Positions 8,327 through 18,141 are shown, counted from the first letter of the stretch. The stretch is 48,595 bases of DNA from a virus (IMGVR_UViG_3300044931_000080:1-48595); one strand, 5' to 3'. The notes: generated by a model from the sequence alone, not told the origin. Program-made: numbers and translations.

Positions 8327-8679
8327 GCGACATCAAGACGCCGGACGCGATCATTCGTGACCTCGAGGCGGTCCGGAACCACGCCGCGCAGGGTCCGGCA
8401 GAGCTGCGGAAGGCGGAGGGCGAGTACCTCGAGGCGAAGCGCCAGCATGATCGCGAGTACGCGCTGGCCTACAAGCGGGCCGCCGGGCCGGTGGAGGACC
8501 GGAAGCAGCAGGCGACTATCGACGCTGACTCGTTCGCGCAGGCGATGGATGACGCGCAGATCGTCCTGAACTACGTGAAGGCGCAGTCGCGGTCGCTGGA
8601 CTCTCAGCAGTCGAATCTGCAGACGCAGGCCCGGCTGGTGGAGATCACGTACCGGCTGGCGGGGGTGGGGCAGCCATGA
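8323..8679 (+). CDS. Hypothetical coiled-coil protein
   Basis: Coupled ORF, heptad character. Confidence 0.7.
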   Translation: MSDIKTPDAIIRDLEAVRNHAAQGPAELRKAEGEYLEAKRQHDREYALAYKRAAGPVEDRKQQATIDADSFAQAMDDAQIVLNYVKAQSRSLDSQQSNLQTQARLVEITYRLAGVGQP

Positions 8680-9014
8680 GCGTCCCACGACGGACCCGCC
8701 GGCTCGTGTTCGACCGCGACGGTGAGCGGTGCGTGCACTGCGGCACCACGGAGGGCCTGACGATCCAGCATCGGGCGAACCGAGGCATGGGCGGCTCCAA
8801 GGGCCTGGACGGCCCGGAGAACCTCATCGCCATGTGCGCGATGGCGAACTACCGCCTGGAGCAGGATTCCGCGTTCGCGGACCTGGGCCGCATCTACGGG
8901 TGGAAGATCCGCCGCACTGATGATCCCGAATCCATCCCCGTCCTGTACCCGGACGGCAATCACTACTCCCTCACGTCGAGGGGCACACGAATCAAGGAGC
9001 AGAACCATGGCTGA
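8676..9014 (+). CDS. Small HNH-family nuclease
   Basis: RD..RCVHCG..LTIQHR.NRGMGG...NL..MC. Confidence 0.8.
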   Translation: MSVPRRTRRLVFDRDGERCVHCGTTEGLTIQHRANRGMGGSKGLDGPENLIAMCAMANYRLEQDSAFADLGRIYGWKIRRTDDPESIPVLYPDGNHYSLTSRGTRIKEQNHG

Positions 9015-9516
9015 TGCACGAATCATCATCGAGGGTCGTATCGCGACGGACCCCCGCTTCAACACGTCCGGCAACGGCGACCCGGTGGCGAACCTGCGGG
9101 TGCTCGCGGGCCGATCGCGGAAGAACGAACAGGGCGGCTGGGACACCCTCAGCGAGACGGCGTTCAACGTCGCGTTCTGGCGGGAGCACGCCCAGCTGGT
9201 CGATTCCCTCCGCCCGGAGAAGGGCTCCGCAGTGGTCATCACCGGGACCGTCTCCGGCGTCGAGTCGTACCAGGGAGAGCGTGGCGAGTCCCTGTCGGTG
9301 AAGGTGACCGGCGACGGGCTGCGCGTGTTCCCGAAGCGCGACCAGGGGCAGCAGTCCCAGCGGCCGGCGGATCGGTATGCGGGTGATCCGGGGTACGCCC
9401 AGCAGGGCCACCCGCAGGGCCAGCCTTCGTACTCGCCGGGTCAGCAGGCGCAGGGGTACGGGCAGCAGGACCCATGGGCTGGCTCCCAGCCGCAGGACGA
9501 CCGTCCGCCTTTCTGA
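9007..9516 (+). CDS. ssb: Single-stranded DNA-binding protein
   Basis: OB-fold motifs (G.IATDP.F...G..VAN.RV), Q/G-rich tail ending DDRPPF. Confidence 0.9.
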   Translation: MADARIIIEGRIATDPRFNTSGNGDPVANLRVLAGRSRKNEQGGWDTLSETAFNVAFWREHAQLVDSLRPEKGSAVVITGTVSGVESYQGERGESLSVKVTGDGLRVFPKRDQGQQSQRPADRYAGDPGYAQQGHPQGQPSYSPGQQAQGYGQQDPWAGSQPQDDRPPF

Positions 9517-9543
9517 CGGACCCCGACTCGTGAAGGACACACC

Positions 9544-9741
9544 ATGAGCACCAACATCATCGGGGTCGATTTCGACCCGTACGTGAGGAACGACCTCGCG
9601 AAGTTCTCAAACGACACCACCCTCTACGAACCGCTCACTCACCTTTCGGAGCGGGAGCGTGAGCACGTCTGCGACGTCATCGAGAGCTACGGCTACTGGG
9701 CCACTGAGGTGCCCGTCATGCTCGGACTGGTGGAGTCATGA
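9544..9741 (+). CDS. Hypothetical protein
   Basis: AAGGA RBS, ATGA coupling to whiB-like gene. Confidence 0.6.
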   Translation: MSTNIIGVDFDPYVRNDLAKFSNDTTLYEPLTHLSEREREHVCDVIESYGYWATEVPVMLGLVES

Positions 9742-10097
9742 CAGCCGTATGCGCCCGCCTCGACAGGACGATGGCGGATGGGATCTTCTTCGGCCAGGAC
9801 ACCGCATCCATCGCGATCGCAAAGAGCATCTGCGCGACCTGCCCGCTCATGGAGGCGTGTGCTGCGCAGGCGATCGAGGACGAGCGTGGCCTCCCCACAC
9901 GGGAACGGCACGGTGTCTTCGGGGGCCTGACCCCCGCCCAGCGGCGGAAGGCGGATCCGGGGCGGTCCTGCCTGGACTGCGGTGCTGACATCACTGCCCT
10001 CCCGTCGTTGGCACGCCGGTGCGAGGAGCATCAGGCGGCACACCGTCATGAGAGGAAGCTCGCTCATGCGCGCCGGCAGAGGGCGGTGGCGGCATGA
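9738..10097 (+). CDS. WhiB-family transcription factor with extra C-terminal Cys motif
   Basis: C...FF...AKSICATCP...C and GVFGGLT; extra CLDC...RRC. Confidence 0.9.
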   Translation: MTAVCARLDRTMADGIFFGQDTASIAIAKSICATCPLMEACAAQAIEDERGLPTRERHGVFGGLTPAQRRKADPGRSCLDCGADITALPSLARRCEEHQAAHRHERKLAHARRQRAVAA

Positions 10098-10729
10098 TCC
10101 CGAAGCGCCCACAGCACTGCGACCAGCATCCCCGCTACCAGAAGGGGTGCGACGACTGCCGGCTCATCTCTCAGAAGTGGGAGCGCGTGAGGGCTAGGGA
10201 GCGCGCCTACTACGGTCCCCGCCGGGTGCCCGCGGAGCAGGTGACCGCGCACGTGCGACGCCTCGCAGAGAACGGGATGACACCTGCTGAGGTCGCCCGC
10301 GCTGCGGGGGTGTCGCAGACGACGACGCACTACATCGCTCACGGCCGCCGGGAGATGGTGCACCGGGTCGTCCACAACCGGCTCATGAGCGTCACCCTGT
10401 CTCACCAGTACGGGTTCTACGTGCCCGCACTCGGGTTGGGGCGGCGCATCCAGCACCTGTACTGGATGGGCTGGTCCGGGCGGGCCATCGCTGAGATGGG
10501 TGAGACGACCCAGTCTCAGGTCCATGAGATCGCGAGCCTGCGCAGGGACACGATCTCGCGTGACCTCCACGACCGGCTGATGCTGGTCTACCGGGAGCTG
10601 TGGAGCCAGGACGGTGGGAGCGTCCGTGCGAAGAACACGGCGAAGAGGAACGGCTGGCCGTCGATCTTCGCGTGGGTCGACCCGGACTCCGATGCGCGGA
10701 CCTTCGAGGAATTGGGGGCCGCGGCATGA
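10094..10729 (+). CDS. Double-HTH DNA-binding protein
   Basis: GMT.AEVARAAGVS HTH, RRIQHL..MGWS second HTH. Confidence 0.7.
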   Translation: MIPKRPQHCDQHPRYQKGCDDCRLISQKWERVRARERAYYGPRRVPAEQVTAHVRRLAENGMTPAEVARAAGVSQTTTHYIAHGRREMVHRVVHNRLMSVTLSHQYGFYVPALGLGRRIQHLYWMGWSGRAIAEMGETTQSQVHEIASLRRDTISRDLHDRLMLVYRELWSQDGGSVRAKNTAKRNGWPSIFAWVDPDSDARTFEELGAAA

Positions 10730-11259
10730 GTATCGACGGTCAGGCGGACATCCTCTCGGAGCTCGGATCCCAGCACAGAGATCGTGCCGCACGACGATTG
10801 CAGCGCCAACAGGCGGACCTCACCCAGCTGCCGGAGGACATGTGGCGGCAGAACCAGACGCCCCGGAAGGACGGCGACTACTGGTACACGGTCCTGCCAT
10901 GCGTGGGTTGCGGACTCCCTGCTTCCCGGTACGGCCTTCACATCGATCATGGCGTGCAGTGGGACAAGAAGACCGGTGAGCAGGTCCTGCCGGGCGGTCC
11001 CGGCCTGTCCGATCAGGGCGTGTGCATGCTCATGGCGATGGGGCGGGACCACGCGGTGGAGGCGGACCACATCATGGGCGTCTCCCAGGAGGATCCGAAC
11101 CGGCCCGTGTACCCACCGCCGGCGGAGTGGTGGGGCCGCTGCTACGCCCATGAGCACAAGAAGCCGCGGTGCAAGGACGTGTGCTGGGAGGCGCATCACC
11201 GGCACCTCACGCGCATGGCTGACCTCGTGTGGGGCGGCGACGGATGGAGGCAGCCATGA
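10726..11259 (+). CDS. Hypothetical Cys/His-rich protein
   Basis: ATGA-coupled ORF. Confidence 0.65.
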   Translation: MSIDGQADILSELGSQHRDRAARRLQRQQADLTQLPEDMWRQNQTPRKDGDYWYTVLPCVGCGLPASRYGLHIDHGVQWDKKTGEQVLPGGPGLSDQGVCMLMAMGRDHAVEADHIMGVSQEDPNRPVYPPPAEWWGRCYAHEHKKPRCKDVCWEAHHRHLTRMADLVWGGDGWRQP

Positions 11260-11363
11260 GGTGCATGTACTGCCTGCGGGATGTGCGTGAGTGCGCCCGC
11301 CGCCTCGCCAATCGAGTCGGGAAGTGCTGCGACCAGTGCTGTCACACCAAGGAGGACCAATGA
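11256..11363 (+). CDS. Tiny Cys-rich protein (35 aa)
   Basis: Read manually: MRCMYCLRDVRECARRLANRVGKCCDQCCHTKEDQ; GGAGG RBS, ATGA overlaps at both ends. Confidence 0.55.
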   Translation: MRCMYCLRDVRECARRLANRVGKCCDQCCHTKEDQ

Positions 11364-12745
11364 CCTACGCAGACTTCCTCAAGGCCCGCGAGCAGAAAGC
11401 CGACGGCAACGGATTCCGTCCGCACGTCATCCCTGGACACCTGTTCGACTTCCAGCAGATGCTCGTGGACTGGGCTGTCCGCCAAGGACGCGCCGCACTG
11501 TTCGCAGACTGTGGCATGGGCAAGACGCCCATGGAACTCGCATGGGCAGAGAACGTCCACCGCAAGACAGGAAAGCCTGTCCTGCTGCTGACTCCGCTTG
11601 CGGTCGGGTTCCAGATCGTGGCGGAGGCGGAGAAGTTCGGACACGATGCCGCGATCAGTCGGAACGGAAGGCCCGCTGATGCTCGGATCACCGTCACGAA
11701 CTACGAGCAGCTGCCGAAGTTCGACCCGGATGACTTCGGGGGTGTCGTCTGCGACGAGTCATCAGCGATCAAGTCGTTCGATGGGGTGACGAAGAAGGTC
11801 GTCACCGAGTTCATGCGCCGCATGCCGTATCGGCTTCTGGGCACGGCGACGGCCGCACCGAACGACTACCTCGAGCTAGGCACCTCATCGGAGGCACTGG
11901 GCGAGCTCGGCTACACAGACATGCTCTCGCGGTTCTTCACCAACAAGAACCGCACGGTGACCTCGCGATCGAACTTCGCGGCCGCCGGCAGAGATGTGGG
12001 GTGGCGGTTCAAGGGGCACTCCGAGGGGCCGTTCTGGCAGTGGGTGTCGTCATGGGCGCGAGCGATCCGCAAGCCGTCCGACTACGGGTTCGACGACAGT
12101 AACTTCCACTTGCCGCCGCTCGAATACCGGACGACTCTCGTGGAGGCCCACCGTCCAGCCGAGGGGGCACTGTTCGACGTGCCCGCCATTGGGCTGGCGG
12201 AAGAGCGTGAAGAGGCCCGCAGGACACTGAACGAGCGGTGCGAAGCGGCTGCCGATCGCGTATCTGATGCCGACTCGGCAGTCCTGTGGTGCCACCTGAA
12301 CGACGAATCCACCCGTCTCGCGCAACTGCTGCCCGATGCGCTGGAAGTTACCGGGTCCGACTCGCCGGAGGCGAAGGAAGAGAAGCTGACTGCCTTCACC
12401 AAGGGCGAAGTCCGCTACCTCGTGACGAAGCCGAAGATCGGCGCGTGGGGCCTGAACTGGCAGCACTGCCACCGGATGACCTACTTCCCATCCCACAGCT
12501 TCGAACAGCACTACCAGGCCGTCAGGCGCTCATGGAGATTCGGCCAGGAGAACCCCGTGACGGTCGATGTCATCACCACCAAGGGCGGTGAGGCGATCCT
12601 GCAGAACCTCCAGCACAAGGCGCAACAGGCCGACGAGATGTTCGATGCCCTCATCCACCACATGAACGACGCGCTGGGTGTCCAGCGATCCCGACACTTC
12701 ACTACACCAATGGAGGTCCCATCATGGCTGTCCAAAGCCAGCTGA
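11360..12745 (+). CDS. SNF2-like SF2 helicase
   Basis: DCGMGKT Walker A, CDES Walker B, TAT, GLNWQ, QAVRRSWRFGQ. Confidence 0.9.
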   Translation: MTYADFLKAREQKADGNGFRPHVIPGHLFDFQQMLVDWAVRQGRAALFADCGMGKTPMELAWAENVHRKTGKPVLLLTPLAVGFQIVAEAEKFGHDAAISRNGRPADARITVTNYEQLPKFDPDDFGGVVCDESSAIKSFDGVTKKVVTEFMRRMPYRLLGTATAAPNDYLELGTSSEALGELGYTDMLSRFFTNKNRTVTSRSNFAAAGRDVGWRFKGHSEGPFWQWVSSWARAIRKPSDYGFDDSNFHLPPLEYRTTLVEAHRPAEGALFDVPAIGLAEEREEARRTLNERCEAAADRVSDADSAVLWCHLNDESTRLAQLLPDALEVTGSDSPEAKEEKLTAFTKGEVRYLVTKPKIGAWGLNWQHCHRMTYFPSHSFEQHYQAVRRSWRFGQENPVTVDVITTKGGEAILQNLQHKAQQADEMFDALIHHMNDALGVQRSRHFTTPMEVPSWLSKAS

Positions 12746-13686
12746 TCACCGACGAGTTTGCGATCTACAACGGAGACTGCATCGAGGTCATGCAGAACCT
12801 GCCCGATGAGTCGTTCCACGCTTCGATCTATTCCCCACCGTTCGGAGGGCTGTACCACTACTCGTCCGACAACCGCGACCTCTCCAATGCGCGGACTTAC
12901 ACGGAGTTCCGGGAGCACTACCGGTACGTCATCCGGGAGAAGTTCCGTCTCACGCTCCCGGGCCGTACCAGCGGTGTGCACGCGGCGCTGGTCCCGACGG
13001 GAAACACCGGATCGGATGGCTACCTCGACTTTCCCGGAGACGTAATCCGCGACCACCAGGACATTGGGTGGGAGTTCATCGCCCGGCATGTCATCTGGAA
13101 GGAGCCCCTGGCTGTCCGCAATCGGACGATGCAGAAGAACCTCGCGCACAAGACGATTGTCGACGACGGGGCGCATGGGGGTGTTGCCGCACCGGACGAG
13201 CTGCTGGTGTTCCGCAAGCCAGGGTCAGGGAACCCGGTGGCTCATCCGACTGGACTGATGAGCGACTACATGGGGTCCGAGAAGCACCCGGCGGATGTTG
13301 CCCGCTACCGCGGGTGGGACGGGGATCAGAAGGCCAATCGGTGGTCGCACTGGATCTGGCGCCGCTATGCGTCGTCCGTGTGGGATGACGTGCGTGTGGA
13401 AAACGTGCTGCCGTTTCAAGACTCCAAGGACCCGGACGACGAGAAGCACGTTCACCCGCTGCAACTGGATGTGATCGCTCGCTACCTTGATCTGCGCACC
13501 CTGCCCGGAGAGCGCGTCCTGACGCCGTTCATGGGCGTGGGGTCGGAGGTGTTCCAGGCGGTGAAGATGGGGCGTGTTGCGGTCGGGATGGAGCTCAAGG
13601 AGTCCTACTACCGGCAGGCGTTGATGAACCTCGACACGCTCGATGGGCACGCGGTGGAAGAGCCAACCCTGCTGGATGCGCTGTGA
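12724..13686 (+). CDS. N4/N6 DNA methyltransferase (beta class)
   Basis: SPPF catalytic motif before VLTPFMGVGSE SAM-binding motif. Confidence 0.92.
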   Translation: MAVQSQLITDEFAIYNGDCIEVMQNLPDESFHASIYSPPFGGLYHYSSDNRDLSNARTYTEFREHYRYVIREKFRLTLPGRTSGVHAALVPTGNTGSDGYLDFPGDVIRDHQDIGWEFIARHVIWKEPLAVRNRTMQKNLAHKTIVDDGAHGGVAAPDELLVFRKPGSGNPVAHPTGLMSDYMGSEKHPADVARYRGWDGDQKANRWSHWIWRRYASSVWDDVRVENVLPFQDSKDPDDEKHVHPLQLDVIARYLDLRTLPGERVLTPFMGVGSEVFQAVKMGRVAVGMELKESYYRQALMNLDTLDGHAVEEPTLLDAL

Positions 13687-14057
13687 CCCTCACGATCGAT
13701 GTTCCGGCTGCGGAGTGGCTGTCTGCGAATCAGCGCCTGCACTGGGCGCAGAAGGCGCGGCGGGTGCGGGCTCTACGGCATCGGGCGGCATGGCTGGCAC
13801 GGCAGGCCCGCCTCGCGGTCCCGACTCCGACGATCGCGGTGGTGGAGGTGTCCTACCCCCGCAATGGGACGGCGGACACCGACAATGCGCAGCCGTCGTG
13901 GAAAGCCGTTTGCGACGGGCTGGTGGATGCCGGGGTGATCCCTGGGGACGACTCGGAGCATCTGGTGGCGGTGTCGTTCCGGCGCGGCCCGAAGACCGGA
14001 GTCAAGGGCCTCTACCGGCTCACCGTCCGGTTCATCCAACAACGCGTTCCGTTCTGA
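13683..14057 (+). CDS. RusA-like Holliday junction resolvase
   Basis: DTDN...KAVCDGLVDAGVIPGDD. Confidence 0.85.
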   Translation: MTLTIDVPAAEWLSANQRLHWAQKARRVRALRHRAAWLARQARLAVPTPTIAVVEVSYPRNGTADTDNAQPSWKAVCDGLVDAGVIPGDDSEHLVAVSFRRGPKTGVKGLYRLTVRFIQQRVPF

Positions 14058-14068
14058 AAGGACCCATC

Positions 14069-14311
14069 ATGATCACGATTTACGAGACCCCCGGCTGTGT
14101 GCAGTGCCGCCTGACGAAGCACTGGCTGGACCGGGCCGGGGCTGCTTACCGGACGGTGGACCTCACCGAGTCACCCCAGGACATGGCCGCGGTGCGAGCG
14201 CTCGGCTACCAGTCCGCCCCCGTCGTGTGCGCGGGCGATGAGCACTGGTCGGGATTCCAGCCGGCACGTCTCCTGGCCGCGGTGAACCGACCAGCGGGGG
14301 AGGTGGCGTGA
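14069..14311 (+). CDS. nrdH: NrdH-like glutaredoxin
   Basis: CVQC, APVV, WSGF motifs. Confidence 0.92.
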   Translation: MITIYETPGCVQCRLTKHWLDRAGAAYRTVDLTESPQDMAAVRALGYQSAPVVCAGDEHWSGFQPARLLAAVNRPAGEVA

Positions 14312-15211
14312 GTGCCGCGCATGCGGATGGTGAAGCCGGAGTTCTGGACGGACGGGAAGGTCGTCAGGGTCTCCCGTGAGGCTCGACTGCTGTTCATCGG
14401 CACGTGGAACTTCGCGGACTGCGACGCGGGGCACCTCGAGGAAGATGCGCTGTCGTTGAAGATGAAGATCTTCCCCGCGGACAACCTCGATGTGGAGCCG
14501 CTGCTGGATGAGCTGGTGCGGATCGGTCTGCTTGAGCGGTTCGAGTTCGAGGGCCTGTCGTATCTGAACATTCCGGGGTTGCGGGCGCATCAGCGGACGG
14601 ACAGCAGGTGGGTGCCGAGGTGTCGTGTGTGTCAGGCGAATCGCGACACGAAGACCTCCCCGGAGCCCGCCGAATCACGCGAGGACTCACCAGACCTCAC
14701 GGAAACTCACGCGAGTTCTCCGGAACTCACAGAACCTCACGCCAGTAGGGGAGGGAAGGGTGAGGAGAGGTGGGGTGAGGAAAGGAGAGGTGAGGTGAGG
14801 TGGGGTGAGTTATCTAGTCCGGAATCGCCAAGCGATCCCGAACGTGAAGACGTCACCGCCCTCCTCGATCTCCTCGACCGTGAGGTGCAGGCCAACGGCA
14901 ACCGACCATCAAAGCGGAACAAGGCCAACACCGACGCGATGCGGCTCCTCCTCGACAGGGACGGCAATAGCCAAGAGCAGATCGCGTACGTCATCCGGTG
15001 GGTGCAGGCAGACAGCTTCTGGAAGGCCAACGTCCGGTCCGCGTCGAAGCTGCGGGAGAAGTTCGACGACCTCGTGGCTCGCATCCGGTCTGAGCATGAG
15101 CGCCGCAACCGACCATCCGAGAAAGAACAGCGCAATAACCAAATTCTCCTCGACTTCATGAACGGCCCAGAGTCAGCCGAGGAGATCTACGCCGAAGGAA
15201 TCTCAGCATGA
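14312..15211 (+). CDS. Replication initiator protein
   Basis: MPRMRMVKPEFW N-terminus, repeat linker, FW..NV.S..KLR.KFD C-terminal domain. Confidence 0.85.
   Translation: MPRMRMVKPEFWTDGKVVRVSREARLLFIGTWNFADCDAGHLEEDALSLKMKIFPADNLDVEPLLDELVRIGLLERFEFEGLSYLNIPGLRAHQRTDSRWVPRCRVCQANRDTKTSPEPAESREDSPDLTETHASSPELTEPHASRGGKGEERWGEERRGEVRWGELSSPESPSDPEREDVTALLDLLDREVQANGNRPSKRNKANTDAMRLLLDRDGNSQEQIAYVIRWVQADSFWKANVRSASKLREKFDDLVARIRSEHERRNRPSEKEQRNNQILLDFMNGPESAEEIYAEGISA
14672..14810 (+). repeat. Iteron-like repeats (putative origin of replication)
   Basis: CTCAC at 14686, 14696, 14706, 14726, 14736 followed by GTGAG at 14760, 14775, 14790, 14795, 14805. Confidence 0.6.
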
Positions 15212-15642
15212 GCATGTCCCAGAGGGAGGTCGGAATCCTCCTCAACCGCATCGTGTCCGTGGACGGTCGCCGGCTCGTCCAGGGCGACCCCCGGACGGGG
15301 CTCAAGGGCACCCCCGAGACCTGGCTGGAAATCCTCGACGGGCTGACGTTTCGGGACTGCGAGCAGGCCGTCATCGAGCACTACCGGCACAGCACCGAAT
15401 GGCTGACCCCGGCCCACATCCGGCAACGTGTCGACGCGATCCGGGCGGGTCGCATCCGCGCCGTAGGGAAGAACGTCAACGTAGGACGCCGGGATGCGGA
15501 AGACCCCCGCGAGGAGATCCGTGTCCGGCGCGAACTCACCCGCGCCCTGGGTGACGGGACTCTGACGGCGGCGCAGTACGACGCGTATCACCTGTCTGGT
15601 CTCCGGTGGGATGAGTGGACTGGGCGGGAGCTCGCAGCATGA
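15208..15642 (+). CDS. Putative helicase loader/inhibitor-like protein
   Basis: Directly after initiator; W..IL..L...DC..AV..HY......L.PAHI motif. Confidence 0.65.
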   Translation: MSMSQREVGILLNRIVSVDGRRLVQGDPRTGLKGTPETWLEILDGLTFRDCEQAVIEHYRHSTEWLTPAHIRQRVDAIRAGRIRAVGKNVNVGRRDAEDPREEIRVRRELTRALGDGTLTAAQYDAYHLSGLRWDEWTGRELAA

Positions 15643-15791
15643 TCGCCCGCTACTTGGCCCGCCGTGTGATGGGGGCGCTGATACGGCTGGGGCGCACGCT
15701 ACGGGGCCAGGAACGGCGCAACACCCCAAAGGCGCACAACCAGCCCGTCTGGTTCGGTTCTAGGCCCGCACAAAGGCACACAGGAGGCTGA
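15639..15791 (+). CDS. Hypothetical protein (50 aa)
   Basis: Read manually; ATGA overlap. Confidence 0.4.
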   Translation: MIARYLARRVMGALIRLGRTLRGQERRNTPKAHNQPVWFGSRPAQRHTGG

Positions 15792-15794
15792 GGG

Positions 15795-16022
15795 GTGAAC
15801 GAGCAGATCGTCACCATCGGTGACCACCAGATCGGCCTGGATCTGGAGGACGGCGACGTGATCGCGGACGTGATGGTCCTCGCCAGGGTCGTCCGTCTCG
15901 ACGGGCCAGGGAAGGCGGTCCTGGTAGTCGGGGCGTCGGACCACACGGACTACATCGTGCAGCTGGGGCTGCTGGCCGCGGCGAATGACGCGGCAGGGGA
16001 AGCGGACGAGGAGGGGTCATGA
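15795..16022 (+). CDS. Hypothetical protein
   Basis: GGAGG RBS, typical codon usage. Confidence 0.65.
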   Translation: MNEQIVTIGDHQIGLDLEDGDVIADVMVLARVVRLDGPGKAVLVVGASDHTDYIVQLGLLAAANDAAGEADEEGS

Positions 16023-16171
16023 GGTTTACGGAGTGGGATCGGGAGGACTGTGCGACGGAGGGCCACGTGTGGTGGTTCCGGCGCAGGAACGCCTGGACGG
16101 GCATCAGGAAGTGCCGGAACTGCGGCGCACGACAGGTTGAGGACATTGAGTTTGAGGAGGGTGTGGCATGA
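16019..16171 (+). CDS. Small Zn-binding protein (50 aa)
   Basis: Read manually: C...GH.W...CRNCG; ATGA overlaps at both ends. Confidence 0.6.
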   Translation: MRFTEWDREDCATEGHVWWFRRRNAWTGIRKCRNCGARQVEDIEFEEGVA

Positions 16172-16932
16172 GCACGGTGGAGTACACGCCGAGGGATTTC
16201 GCGGCGGCGTCGTTCGCGAGGCACGAGGACGGGCGGAAGGCGGTCCGGTTCGAAGGCACGCTCATGCCCGAGTGGCAGATTGGCCGGTACGGTGTCGCCA
16301 CCGACGAGGACATGGCTCGCGATGGTTGGGTGCCGGTTGTGGAGGCGGACAGCCGGACCGTCTCCACGCTGCGCGACCTGCGGGATCAGCTGGGCGAGGC
16401 GCGCCGGGATCGCGACGTGGCGCGCCGTGAGCGTGATGTGGCGGTGGAGGCTCGCCGGGACGCGACCGAGGACATGGTGCGAGAGCGGGAGCGTGCCGTG
16501 GAGGCGGAGAAGCGTGTGAATGTGGCTGAGGCGCGTGCTGTGGAGGCTGAGCGGCGGGATGCGCAGGGTACGAGGGTTGCGCAGGGCGTCATCGCGGACC
16601 TCCAGCAGGAGGTGGACCGTTTGGAGCGGATCATCCAGGCCCCGCTGTCCATGCGGGACTTGCAGGTCGCGTGGGAGAACGCCGAGCAGGGTGAGGCCCG
16701 TCCTGGTGACCTGGTGATCGGTGAGTTGTACGACGGTGGGTTCCAGGTGTACGTGGCGGAGATGGTCGTACCGGGCATGTCGCGTCGCATCCTGTCTCGC
16801 GCACCCCGCCCGGAGTGGCAGGATCTCGCGGACATTCTGCTGAACATCGAGGTCGAGGAGGGCGCGGCGGATAAGACCGCGAAGTGGCTCCATGAGCGGG
16901 GCGTTCGGGTCGTGGGCGGTGAAGAAGCATGA
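16168..16932 (+). CDS. Hypothetical coiled-coil protein
   Basis: Central ERD/EAE heptads; coupled ORF. Confidence 0.7.
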   Translation: MSTVEYTPRDFAAASFARHEDGRKAVRFEGTLMPEWQIGRYGVATDEDMARDGWVPVVEADSRTVSTLRDLRDQLGEARRDRDVARRERDVAVEARRDATEDMVRERERAVEAEKRVNVAEARAVEAERRDAQGTRVAQGVIADLQQEVDRLERIIQAPLSMRDLQVAWENAEQGEARPGDLVIGELYDGGFQVYVAEMVVPGMSRRILSRAPRPEWQDLADILLNIEVEEGAADKTAKWLHERGVRVVGGEEA

Positions 16933-17300
16933 GCGCGCACGAGATCGTGACGTTGGGCGAGCCCAAGAAGCCCAGCGCCCTCACCGGCAAGTTGCTGGGG
17001 ACCGCCGACGAGCTGTGGGTGAGCGTGACGGTCGAGTGCTCGGAGTGCGGATACGCGATCTACTCCGGCGCGACGCAGAGCCGAGCCGCCGCGATGGGGC
17101 CGTGGATCCCGGATCACATCGCCCAGCACGCCCCAGGCCGCGCACTCGACATCGAAGTGGTCTGGGAACCGTCCGCGTGCTGCTCGGTCTGCGAGGACGG
17201 AATCGGAGACGTCCGGGAGGAGAGTTCCGAGGTGCTGGAGTGCCGCGACTGCGGGACGACCTGGAACTACGACGGAACGATGGGAGAGCTCAGTGGGTGA
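16929..17300 (+). CDS. Hypothetical Zn-finger protein
   Basis: Three CxxC pairs. Confidence 0.7.
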   Translation: MSAHEIVTLGEPKKPSALTGKLLGTADELWVSVTVECSECGYAIYSGATQSRAAAMGPWIPDHIAQHAPGRALDIEVVWEPSACCSVCEDGIGDVREESSEVLECRDCGTTWNYDGTMGELSG

Positions 17301-17670
17301 TGTTGACGCGATCCTCCAACGCGGCATGTACGTCGATCGGCGGGGCAGACGGTGGGAGTTCGTGGAAACGCTCAACGACTGGTCCACTCCGGCGATCGAC
17401 CACGACGGCGTGCAGTGGGGCTACCTGTACCGGACGCCAGGCGAGATGAAGCGACTGATCGAGCGCGAGGTCCACCGTGCGGAATGCCCAGGGCTGTGGA
17501 CGTGCGGGGGCCATCCGGTTCCGTACGTCGTCACGCTCCGAGTGCCGCGTGGGTTCCTGGCGAGCGGCGCCGGGTGCTGGCGAGGCGAGTGGCACCCGAC
17601 TTTCGCGGCTGCTATCGCTGCCGCACACAACATGACAGGAGCGAACGATGGCCGACTACACGCCGTCTGA
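17293..17670 (+). CDS. Hypothetical protein
   Basis: Overlapping operon ORF with GGAG RBS. Confidence 0.55.
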   Translation: MGDVDAILQRGMYVDRRGRRWEFVETLNDWSTPAIDHDGVQWGYLYRTPGEMKRLIEREVHRAECPGLWTCGGHPVPYVVTLRVPRGFLASGAGCWRGEWHPTFAAAIAAAHNMTGANDGRLHAV

Positions 17671-17896
17671 GGAAGAGATCGCGGAGAACCGCAGGAACAC
17701 GGGCAACTGTGACTGGGTGGAGCTGACAGAGGCTGAGGTGCGTCGTGGCATCGCCCGCATCAAGGCGGAAGCACTGCGAGAAGCGTTGGAAGACGAGACC
17801 GAGATCAAGGACGACCACGGCCACTGGGAGAGCGTTGTGCCGGTCTGGGCCATCCATGACGAGATCGAACGCATCGAGCAGGAGGCGGGACTGTGA
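17648..17896 (+). CDS. Hypothetical protein (AEALR motif)
   Basis: AGGAG RBS; ends IEQEAGL. Confidence 0.65.
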   Translation: MADYTPSEEEIAENRRNTGNCDWVELTEAEVRRGIARIKAEALREALEDETEIKDDHGHWESVVPVWAIHDEIERIEQEAGL

Positions 17897-18141
17897 GTGA
17901 GCACTACGAGATGCCACACCAGCGTGCTGACGACTGCATCCATGCCGGGGTGGGCAAAGCCTGCGCACCATGCCGAGCATTGTTCACTCGTGAGGCGGAA
18001 GTGCAAGCGGAGGCTCTGCGTTCGGCTGCGGACACGCTTGAGCACATGACGAGGGGGACGCTCGGCGGGGCCAGTGAGGACTGGGTGAGGGTCAGCGACC
18101 TCCACAAGCGGGCCGACCTGATCGAGGAGGCGGGACTGTGA
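17893..18141 (+). CDS. Hypothetical protein (AEALR motif)
   Basis: GTGA overlap; ends IEEAGL. Confidence 0.65.
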   Translation: MSEHYEMPHQRADDCIHAGVGKACAPCRALFTREAEVQAEALRSAADTLEHMTRGTLGGASEDWVRVSDLHKRADLIEEAGL

